NCBI GenBank assembly: GCA_051251855.1
Contig: JBPOGI010000007.1
Span: 128,001-192,000 of the forward strand
Origin: Roseibacillus sp.
GTDB taxonomy: Bacteria > Verrucomicrobiota > Verrucomicrobiia > Verrucomicrobiales > Akkermansiaceae
Reading direction: 5' to 3'
Length of the DNA stretch: 64,000 nucleotides
Part shown: positions 41,378 through 49,564 of the stretch, piece after piece
Position numbering within the stretch: the stretch's first letter is position 1
Layout: each line of letters starts with the position of its first letter
Position numbers and translations under genes: made by a program
Notes under the pieces: generated by a model
Database searches by the model: none
What the model saw: only the letters and a program-made list of their open reading frames with translations
What the model was told of the DNA's origin: nothing

Positions 41378-41598
41378 AGGGAGGGCATCGACGGCCCCGC
41401 CGCGCAGCAACTCACCATTGATTAATCCGCAGCTTTTTCTAGTCGCTGAAAAAACGTCTTGGATAGAAGAGACCTCTCTTCCCATCTCACCTTCAGCCTC
41501 AAGAATGAAAGTCCCGTCCGTTTGGAAAAGAAATGGCCTCCCAATAACTAATCAAGCGGTCCGAGCCTATACAGTTCCAGCAATCTAACCTTTCCAAC

Positions 41599-41617
41599 CG
41601 CGACCTATTTTGTCGCG
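41599..41617. promoter_or_regulatory. Candidate WYL regulator operator 1
   Basis: CGCGAC-CTATTTT-GTCGCG inverted repeat ending 29 nt before the WYL start. Confidence 0.65.
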
Positions 41618-41646
41618 ACCTCACGGCATCCTGACATCATCACGCT

Positions 41647-42654
41647 ATGCCGCGAGCTTCTCATCAACAGACCATCTACCGCCAATGGCTCATCTTGCGG
41701 AAGCTGACCACCCGTCGCCCGGGAATCACAGCTCGGGAGATGAGGGACTATCTGGAAGGTGAAGACGTCCCCGTCACCAAGCGCACTGTCGAGCGTGACC
41801 TCAACGAACTCTCTCGCATCTTTCCCCTAGAGACCAGCGAAGGTAGCCCGCCCATCGGCTGGCGTTGGCGTAAGGATGCGGTGCAAGAGTTGCCGGGGCT
41901 CGAGCTCGTTGATGCGCTTTCCCTCTCGCTGGTGGGAGACCTTCTCAACCAAACCCTCCCCGCCAGTCTTCACCCCTCGATCAGCGCCCGCGTGGCCGAG
42001 GCTAGGGGCAAGCTGGATGCCCTTCCCAATCACTCCGTGTCCGCTTGGTCTCAAATGGCGCGCTACCTTCCGCCCGGCCAAGTGCTCCTCAAACCCACCG
42101 TCGACCCCGACATCTTGCATGCCGTCGAGGAAGGACTGGTAGGACAACGGCAACTCAGCGTCTGCTATCAAGCTCCCGCTGCATCCGAAGCATGGAGCAC
42201 TCACATGCACCCGGTGGCGCTTCTCTCTCATGGCTCTACCCCCTACCTGTTAGCGAGCCTAGGGAAAGGAACCGAAATCTGGCAATATCCCCTACACCGC
42301 TTCCTATCAGCCGAGCTCACTGAGACTCCTTCCTGGCGACCACCCGGCTTCGAACTCGACGAGTTCCTCGCGCAAGGACAGGCCAGCTTTGGAAAAGGAA
42401 AAACAATCCGCCTCGAAGCCCAGCTTGACGAATCACTCGCCAAGCTTCTTCGGGAAACTCCGCTCACGGACTCCCAAACCATTCGCGAAAAAGACGGTCG
42501 CTTCCTCCTCAAGGCCTCCGTTCAATATTCCTGGCAGTTGGTCTTCTACATTCTCTCGCAAGGCCCCAAGATCACCGTCCTCAAGCCCAAGTCCCTTCGC
42601 AACGAAATCATCGCCAGCCTTCAGTCCGCCCTCCAGAACTACAACCCGTCCTAA
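41647..42654 (+). CDS. HTH-WYL-WCX transcriptional regulator
   Basis: wHTH (VTKRTVERDLNEL), WYL (HPVALL...YLLA...YPLHRF), WCX (ETPLTDSQ...ILSQGPKITVLKPKSLR). Confidence 0.92.
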   Translation: MPRASHQQTIYRQWLILRKLTTRRPGITAREMRDYLEGEDVPVTKRTVERDLNELSRIFPLETSEGSPPIGWRWRKDAVQELPGLELVDALSLSLVGDLLNQTLPASLHPSISARVAEARGKLDALPNHSVSAWSQMARYLPPGQVLLKPTVDPDILHAVEEGLVGQRQLSVCYQAPAASEAWSTHMHPVALLSHGSTPYLLASLGKGTEIWQYPLHRFLSAELTETPSWRPPGFELDEFLAQGQASFGKGKTIRLEAQLDESLAKLLRETPLTDSQTIREKDGRFLLKASVQYSWQLVFYILSQGPKITVLKPKSLRNEIIASLQSALQNYNPS

Positions 42655-42658
42655 TTCC

Positions 42659-44170
42659 ATGCGCCAACTCTCCAAATCCAAGATCATCGCCTTCCGTCAA
42701 TGCCCCAAACGGCTCTGGCTCGAACTCCATCGCCCGGAACTCCGCGACGACTCCGGCAGCGAGTTCGCTTTCGCAGTCGGCAATCAAGTCGGAGACATTG
42801 CTCACCTCATCTACGACCCCGAACAAAAGGGCCAGCTCATCGACATCCAGGAGATGGGATGGGACACCGCCTACTCAGTCACCGCCGATTGGTTAGCGGA
42901 CCAAGAGGCCCCACTTTTCGAAGCCGCACTCCGCATGCGCGGCGGGATCGCCCTCGCCGACGTCATGCTGCCCCAACGCGATCAGAACGGACTCCAATGG
43001 AACATGATTGAAGTCAAAGCCTCCACTGGTCCCAAGGACTACCACCACGACGACATCGCGGTGCAAGCCTACGTCGCCCGCGAGTCAGGAATCCCGCTCT
43101 CAAAAGTCTCCTTAGCCCACGTCGATATCACCTTCGTCTACCCGGGAAGCGGCGACTACCAAGGCCTGCTCAAGGAAGTCGACATGACTGAAGAAGCCAG
43201 CTCTCGGACAGCGGAAGTCGCGGGCTGGTTCGACGAAGCCCAAGCCATCGCCGCCCAAACAGAAGAGCCTCGCATCGAGCCCGGCCCGCAATGCCATAGC
43301 CCTTTCACCTGCGGGTTCTGCAAGCACTGCATTCCCGAAAAACCTCTCATGGACTACCCTCTCACCTCCTTCTATCGACTGGGTGCTGCAGGCATCGAAA
43401 CACTCGAGGCCGCTGGCTACAACGACGTGCGAGACGTGCCCGCCGACCAGCTCAGCTTCATCAACCAGCGCATCCGAGAGCACACCATCAGCGGCGAAGC
43501 CTACTTCGACCAAAAAGGAGCGGCCGGCGACCTTGCCAAACACCGGGGCGAGCCCCGCTTCCTCGACTTCGAGACCATCGCCTTCCCCGTCCCCATCTGG
43601 GCCGGCACGCGCCCCTATCAGCAGCTCCCCTTCCAATTCAGCCTTCACCACTTGGAGCGCTCTGGCGAAGTCCATCACCGCGAATGCCTCGACACCTCCG
43701 GAGACGATCCCCGCCCCGCCATCATCAAAGCCCTTCTCGACCACTGTGGCGACTCCGGGGACAGTGGCCCCATCTTCGCCTACAATGCCCCCTTCGAGAA
43801 AAAGGTCATCAAAGACCTCATCACCGCCTTCCCCGTGGAAGCCATCGGCCTCACCAATATCCTCAGCCGCATCGAAGACCTCCTCCCCATCGCCCGCAAA
43901 CGCTACTACCATCCCAGCCAACACGGCAGCTGGAGCATCAAAGCGGTCCTTCCCGCCATCTGCCCGGACCTCAGCTACAACGACCTCGAAGGCGTGCAAG
44001 ACGGAATGATGGCCCAACAAAGCTACCTCGAAGCCATCGCCCCCACCACCAACCCCGAGCGCCGCGAAGAAATCCACAAACAACTCCTCGCCTACTGCCT
44101 GCTCGACACCCTCGGCCTCGTAAGAATGTGGCAATTTTTTAAGAGCCAGCCCCTATCCAGAAACGCATGA
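42659..44170 (+). CDS. DUF2779 protein: RecB/Cas4-like nuclease fused to RNase H-fold exonuclease
   Basis: LSKSK..QCPKRLWL, ADVML..IEVKAST..DIAVQ, QC...CGFCKHC, then LDFET, YQQLPFQFSLH, YNAPFEK, WSIKAVLP, YCLLDT. Start ATG 42659. Confidence 0.85.
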   Translation: MRQLSKSKIIAFRQCPKRLWLELHRPELRDDSGSEFAFAVGNQVGDIAHLIYDPEQKGQLIDIQEMGWDTAYSVTADWLADQEAPLFEAALRMRGGIALADVMLPQRDQNGLQWNMIEVKASTGPKDYHHDDIAVQAYVARESGIPLSKVSLAHVDITFVYPGSGDYQGLLKEVDMTEEASSRTAEVAGWFDEAQAIAAQTEEPRIEPGPQCHSPFTCGFCKHCIPEKPLMDYPLTSFYRLGAAGIETLEAAGYNDVRDVPADQLSFINQRIREHTISGEAYFDQKGAAGDLAKHRGEPRFLDFETIAFPVPIWAGTRPYQQLPFQFSLHHLERSGEVHHRECLDTSGDDPRPAIIKALLDHCGDSGDSGPIFAYNAPFEKKVIKDLITAFPVEAIGLTNILSRIEDLLPIARKRYYHPSQHGSWSIKAVLPAICPDLSYNDLEGVQDGMMAQQSYLEAIAPTTNPERREEIHKQLLAYCLLDTLGLVRMWQFFKSQPLSRNA

Positions 44171-45363
44171 ACAACCTTCAAACCGAAATTAGCCATCTCC
44201 TTATCAAAACCGAAGAAATATGCCGACGCTTCGAAGAGGTAGAGAAAACGACCGGAGCCGGATTTAACCTCCTCCATCTTCTCAACATGGGTCACTACGA
44301 AGCAAAAACTCACACCCCCATTTTGACAGACCTTCTGAACCCTCAGGGTTCGCACGGTCAAGGTGACGTCTTTCTCAAATTGTTTCTTACAGTGTGCTTC
44401 GAGAAAGACTTAGGCTTTATGTCGAAAGCCTCCGGGATCGTGGTCACGGAGGAAAAATACATCGGACGAGTAAATAGCGAACAAGCGTCTGGGGGTAGAA
44501 TAGACATTTTCTTAGAGTCATCACAAGGTGAACTCCTAGCCATCGAGAACAAAATCTACGCTAACGAACAGGACCAACAACTGCAACGCTATCTCAACTA
44601 CGTGAGCAGAGCCAAAGAGAACGGACGCGTTATCTACCTCACCCTCGACGGCCAAGAACCCGGTTCCATCAAAGGTAACAAGCCTGAAATTCTCTCGTGT
44701 ATCTCCTATCAATCACACATCGTCGACTGGCTCCGACTCTGTCGCAAAGAGGTCACAACGATTCCCACGATTCGCGAATCCCTCACAATCTATATCAACC
44801 TCATTTGCGAACTCACCAACCAAAGCCCCAACCAAGAAATGAATAAAGAGATTATGGAGTCAGTGTTAGAATCGCCTAGTAGTTTAGCGGCATACCTCGC
44901 TCTTCCGAAGGAAAATGAAATCCAGCAGTCCATCTTTGACAATAAAGTTGAAGAGATAAAACGGATTGCAAAAGAGCATTCGCTAGGCTTCTCGTTGTCC
45001 GAAAAAAAAGTAGCGGACCAGTATTTTGGTTTCAATTTAAAGTCCGAAAGCTGGTCAGATTTTTGGATCTGCTTCAACTTTGATAGCGCAAATTGTAAAA
45101 ACCTATTATTTGGATTTCAAGACGATGGTAGGCTTATTGAAGAAGAGCGGCAAACACTCAACCAAATGGTCTCGTCTCAATTTGGTGAAAGCACTGTTAG
45201 GAAAACCAAAATGTGGCCAGCTTGTCCGTTTTGGACAAAATATAGGAATTGGCACGGTGAAACTCTATCAGAAGTCGCTTACGGCAGCTTTCTCGAAGAT
45301 TTGGAAGAACAAGTGGCAACTTTCAAAAAGCTCGGTGACGAATTCGCAAGAACGACGCACTAG
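44167..45363 (+). CDS. PD-(D/E)XK nuclease (PDDEXK_4-like)
   Basis: E..HT.IL..LLNPQGSHGQG, GRIDI, IENKIYA.EQ..QL.RY, YLTLDG; ATGA overlap with DUF2779. Confidence 0.88.
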   Translation: MNNLQTEISHLLIKTEEICRRFEEVEKTTGAGFNLLHLLNMGHYEAKTHTPILTDLLNPQGSHGQGDVFLKLFLTVCFEKDLGFMSKASGIVVTEEKYIGRVNSEQASGGRIDIFLESSQGELLAIENKIYANEQDQQLQRYLNYVSRAKENGRVIYLTLDGQEPGSIKGNKPEILSCISYQSHIVDWLRLCRKEVTTIPTIRESLTIYINLICELTNQSPNQEMNKEIMESVLESPSSLAAYLALPKENEIQQSIFDNKVEEIKRIAKEHSLGFSLSEKKVADQYFGFNLKSESWSDFWICFNFDSANCKNLLFGFQDDGRLIEEERQTLNQMVSSQFGESTVRKTKMWPACPFWTKYRNWHGETLSEVAYGSFLEDLEEQVATFKKLGDEFARTTH

Positions 45364-45527
45364 AATCTAGTGGCAGAAGTTGTCACTCAAATGGTTCATG
45401 ACCGATTTTCTGAGGCTCGCAGACTGTACTAGGCCCAATGAGAGGTTTCTCATCAAGCCTTCCGACAATTACGAGTGGACCCATTCCTATTCACCCGTTA
45501 GAACAAGCCTTCTTCTGTAATTCACAC

Positions 45528-48500
45528 ATGAAAACACTCAAGTGCTGCCAGCCTCGCCAATCCGTTCTTGATGGTTCGGAAGACTTTGTAGTCAACCTCT
45601 CTGCCCTTCAGGAACTGAGCGAGGCCGAAGCCAAAGAGTTTCTCGATGCCAACGTCCTCACCTCCGGAATGGAGGAACTCATCAGCCAGTCCTTCGACAG
45701 GCTAGCAGGCGGGCCAAGCCGAGGCATCTTCAAGCTCTCCGAGTCCATGGGCGGCGGAAAGACCCAGAGCATGATTGTCTGCGGACTTCTCGCTCGTTTC
45801 CCGGCACTTGCAGCGAGCCTCCACTTTGCCAAAGCACCCAAAAACGTCAATCCCGACCACGTCATCGCCTTCACTGGCCGAGATACCGACAAGAACATCT
45901 GGATCACCTTGGGCGAGGTATTCGATGCCGACTTCGTGGAAGACTCCGCCCCGTCGGAAAAGCAGTGGGCCGCTTTGCTTAAGGGAAAGAGCGTTCTCTT
46001 TCTCTTGGACGAACTCGCCTTCTATCTCGTCCACGCCAGCACCAAGGGCGACAAGGAAGAAGGAGCTCGTTTCTCAAAAAGAACCTCCATCGCCCTGACC
46101 AACCTCTTCGGAGCAGTGCGAGATCACAAGGAGGCCTCGCAGTCAGCAGTTGTCGTCGCTGACCTGCAAAAAGACTGGGACCAAGGCCACGAAGAATTGG
46201 CTAAGATCATGCGCTCCGATGCCACCTTGGGCGGCACCATTCAGAGTGCGGACAACGAGATGAGCAAAGGAGCAGTCTCCATCTCACCGGTTGATAACAC
46301 CAAGGACGAACTCTACTCCATCCTTCGCAAACGCCTCTTCAAGGACATCGCGGTCTCCGATGCAGAAAAGAAAGAAGTCATCGATGCCTATTTCAACGAA
46401 CTGCAAACCGCCAAGAAGGCCGGGCTCATAGAGCGAGCCTTGCCTACCATCCGCGAGGAACTCGAAGTCTCCTATCCTTTTCACTTTTCGACCAAGCACC
46501 TTATCGAGACCTTCAACGACAATCCCGGCTTCCAAAAGACCCGCGACGTCATCCGTCTCATGGCCTCAATCGTTCGCTCGATTTGGGAACAAGGCGACGC
46601 AGCCGTCTCACAACACCTACTCCTCTCACTCGCCTCTCCCGACCTCAACGTCTCAGCCGTTGCTTCTCGCTTTAAGGAAATCAAACGCTCCCTCGAAGGA
46701 GCCCTTCAGACCGATCTCGCCAACGGCGGCACCTCCTACGCGGAGAGCCTCATGTCGGAGACTGACGGCCTCTCATTGCCTGCCGCGAAGTGGATCTACG
46801 CCGCCTCCCTCTCCGATACGCGACCACATGGCCTTTCCAAAGAAGAGCTCGCCGAATACATGGCCGCTCCCGGAGTCGACATCTCCGGCCTCGGCTCCGC
46901 CTTGGAGGAGCTATCTCGCACCAGTTGGTATCTCGACCAGTTCCGCAGCGGGCGCTTCTTTTTCAATAAGGTCAAGAACCTCAATGCCCAGATCAACTCC
47001 CACTACAAGCTCTGCTCCGATGCCGATCGAGACGACTTGATCGAGGACAAGCTCCGCGAAATGTTCGATCCTCGGGACAAGCGTTGTTATCAAAACCTAG
47101 AAATTCACCCCGACCTTTCCAAAGTCCGCCTCAGCCGCGACAAGACAACCCTTCTCATCTGCCAACACGACGCGGACTACCAAGCCTTCTTTCAGAACGA
47201 AAAGTTCAAGAACCGCGTCGCCATCCTTACCCTCCTCGACCCCGCCGGACTCCTCCGAATTCGTAACCACGCCAAGCGCTTTTGGGCCATCCGCGAAGTC
47301 CTTAAGGACATGACCAAGGATGACCAACAGTTTGAAAAGGCCAAAGGCGAGCAGACCAACATTCAGACCGAGCTCTTCATGGCTCTCCGTTCGCTCTATG
47401 CACGCCTCTTCTACCCCCTCGGCGATCCTACAACGGGAGACACCAAGCTAACCGACACCACTCTCCTCGACTCCTTTCAAGACGACCTTACGGGCCAAAA
47501 CATTAAGTTCGAGGGCGACAAGAACAGCTCCAAGGGAGAACTCGTCGTCGAGAGCACCCTCCGCTCAGTAGCCAAGTTCCACGTCATCCCAACTGCCACC
47601 GGTGGCGACAAGCTCAAGGGCTACAAGTCCCTCCGCACCCGCTTCGAGCAATTCCTCTTCCCGTCTTCCGGACGCGCCTCTTGGGATCAGCTCATTGATG
47701 GCGCAGCCAGCCGAGGCATCATGGTCTGGACCGAGCCCGGCACCTCTGAGCGGATGAAGGACGCCCTCCTCACCGCAGGAGAGTGGCGTCAGGAGGCGGG
47801 ACAAATCCTCAAACCTCCCTTCGTGGAACTCGCGACCGTTCACATCGATTATGATCGCAATGCCAAGACCGGCAGCATCACCACCACCGACATCAAGCTC
47901 ATTCACGGTGACAGTCTCTTCGTCTCCGAGGACGGCGGACCGGAGAAAAAGATCAAGCACGACGAGGCCTTCGTCTCCGACGCCATGACCCTCGTCTTCC
48001 AATGCCGCGACTCCACCGGCAAGAATCAGGATGGCACGCCCTACACCATTCAGAATCAGGTCACCCTTAAGCACGAGTTCCTCGATTGTAGCACCCCGGG
48101 CCATCGCACCCTCAAGCTCGGGGTCGTGCCCACTGATTCCATCGTCAAGTGGACCGCCGACGGGAGTGATGCAGCCAACAACGGACAGCCCTATTCCGCT
48201 CAAGGCATCGACGTGCCGGAGGGAGCGACCGTGAAAGTCTTTGCGGAAAAGAACGCCACTCACAACGAGCTCTCCATCCCAGTCCCCAAAGACGATGCCG
48301 GCGATGACGATGACCAGCCCACCACCGGACTCGATCTCGACCTCCCCGCCAATCTCTCCTCTCAAGCCATGCGCAAGATGGAGCTCTCCACCCGCTTGGC
48401 CGTGCACGGACTTCTCAGCAAGCTCCCCCCCGGAACCACCATCTCCGGGGCCCGCGCTAAGGTCGTCAAGGCCGCTACCGACAATCGGGTTGCCGTCTCT

Positions 48501-48689
48501 TGGGACGGGAAGACCGAAGTCTCTCCCGAGCGCATCTTCAAGGCTTACGAATTCCTCGATGCTGAACTGCAGGATGCCGAGTGGGAACTGGAGGCGACTG
48601 GTAAAATCGTCTTTCCGTCTGGACGGGAGTTCTTGGATTGGCAAAAAGAGACCTCCTACAAGATCGCACCCGGATTCATCACCCAATGA
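45528..48689 (+). CDS. DUF499 AAA+ ATPase (anti-phage restriction-like system)
   Basis: SMGGGKT Walker A, LLDEL Walker B, ILRKRLF, SYPFH, FQKTRDVIRLMA; C-terminal Ig/FN3-like (WTADGS). Confidence 0.9.
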   Translation: MKTLKCCQPRQSVLDGSEDFVVNLSALQELSEAEAKEFLDANVLTSGMEELISQSFDRLAGGPSRGIFKLSESMGGGKTQSMIVCGLLARFPALAASLHFAKAPKNVNPDHVIAFTGRDTDKNIWITLGEVFDADFVEDSAPSEKQWAALLKGKSVLFLLDELAFYLVHASTKGDKEEGARFSKRTSIALTNLFGAVRDHKEASQSAVVVADLQKDWDQGHEELAKIMRSDATLGGTIQSADNEMSKGAVSISPVDNTKDELYSILRKRLFKDIAVSDAEKKEVIDAYFNELQTAKKAGLIERALPTIREELEVSYPFHFSTKHLIETFNDNPGFQKTRDVIRLMASIVRSIWEQGDAAVSQHLLLSLASPDLNVSAVASRFKEIKRSLEGALQTDLANGGTSYAESLMSETDGLSLPAAKWIYAASLSDTRPHGLSKEELAEYMAAPGVDISGLGSALEELSRTSWYLDQFRSGRFFFNKVKNLNAQINSHYKLCSDADRDDLIEDKLREMFDPRDKRCYQNLEIHPDLSKVRLSRDKTTLLICQHDADYQAFFQNEKFKNRVAILTLLDPAGLLRIRNHAKRFWAIREVLKDMTKDDQQFEKAKGEQTNIQTELFMALRSLYARLFYPLGDPTTGDTKLTDTTLLDSFQDDLTGQNIKFEGDKNSSKGELVVESTLRSVAKFHVIPTATGGDKLKGYKSLRTRFEQFLFPSSGRASWDQLIDGAASRGIMVWTEPGTSERMKDALLTAGEWRQEAGQILKPPFVELATVHIDYDRNAKTGSITTTDIKLIHGDSLFVSEDGGPEKKIKHDEAFVSDAMTLVFQCRDSTGKNQDGTPYTIQNQVTLKHEFLDCSTPGHRTLKLGVVPTDSIVKWTADGSDAANNGQPYSAQGIDVPEGATVKVFAEKNATHNELSIPVPKDDAGDDDDQPTTGLDLDLPANLSSQAMRKMELSTRLAVHGLLSKLPPGTTISGARAKVVKAATDNRVAVSWDGKTEVSPERIFKAYEFLDAELQDAEWELEATGKIVFPSGREFLDWQKETSYKIAPGFITQ

Positions 48690-49540
48690 GACCTACCCCA
48701 CCAGAGATTCCATCCTTCGGCGTCGTCGATCCTGATGGCGAGCACGGTGTCCTCACCACGGACTCTGGGGCCCCTCGTTGCCTGCTCACCTTGGTCGCCC
48801 GCACGGAACGCGGCTTTCCCCGTCACGAGCTTGCCGCTATCCCAATGGCTACTTGGCGACAACTCTCCACCGTAGTGCAGAAGGAACTCGCCCGGGGCAT
48901 GGACCCCGAGGAATTGGGTTCCTCCAAGGCTCCTCTCTTTCGCTCCGGCGAGCAAGCTCTCAGCCCCCTCGTCACTCGGGAACTCGCCGTTCTCTTTTGG
49001 GCCTTGATGGAGGATGGCGAAGGCACCCACATCGACGCCCTTTTGACTGGCTGGCGTCAGCTCGCCCGCGAGGAGCGTTGGTGGCTCTATGCTCGGGCCA
49101 GTAATCCGAGCCAGAAGCAGGGCCGAGGTTGGCGACGGGCACTTTACTTTGCCCTCACCGACCCCGCAGACACCCGCACCGCCCCCCGCATGCTAGACAT
49201 CATGGACGCGGCGGATGCTCAAAAAAAAAGCTTGGGGACCAAACGCAAAGTCGACTATCGCGACAGTCTCAAGAAGAAAGCGGCCAGCAAGAAGACAGCC
49301 AAAAAGACGACTCCCAAGAAGGCTCCCCAGAAAACCGTCAAGAAAATCGCGGCCAAGAAGACCGTGAAAAAAGCGAACACGAAGCCCTCCCCACCGAAGG
49401 CGAAGACCCCGCCCTCTCCCCCGACAAGAGCGAAGAAGAAGAGCACAAGTCTGAAAAAATCAGCCCCTCGCAAGACCTCGAAGACCCCGGTAAAAAAAGC
49501 GACAGCCAAGAAGGCGACGAGCCGCCAGACCCGCCCGTGA
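48686..49540 (+). CDS. DUF3780 protein with Lys-rich tail (zero frame); alternative -1 frame product ends at 49560
   Basis: RELAVLFWA, W..LAREERWWLY, GWRRALYFAL; ATGA overlap with DUF499; A9 run at 49221-49229. Confidence 0.85.
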   Translation: MRPTPPEIPSFGVVDPDGEHGVLTTDSGAPRCLLTLVARTERGFPRHELAAIPMATWRQLSTVVQKELARGMDPEELGSSKAPLFRSGEQALSPLVTRELAVLFWALMEDGEGTHIDALLTGWRQLAREERWWLYARASNPSQKQGRGWRRALYFALTDPADTRTAPRMLDIMDAADAQKKSLGTKRKVDYRDSLKKKAASKKTAKKTTPKKAPQKTVKKIAAKKTVKKANTKPSPPKAKTPPSPPTRAKKKSTSLKKSAPRKTSKTPVKKATAKKATSRQTRP

Positions 49541-49564
49541 ATCAGCTCGAATTATTCTAACTCC

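Noticed and set aside
43112..44134. 340-aa minus-strand ORF (likewise 47565-48686 and 1269-2351)
   Set aside because: Antisense shadows of well-supported genes, expected from C-ending codon bias.
42659..44170. CRISPR-Cas locus suggested by the Cas4-like cysteines
   Set aside because: No repeat-spacer array and no cas1, cas2 or effector genes in the window.
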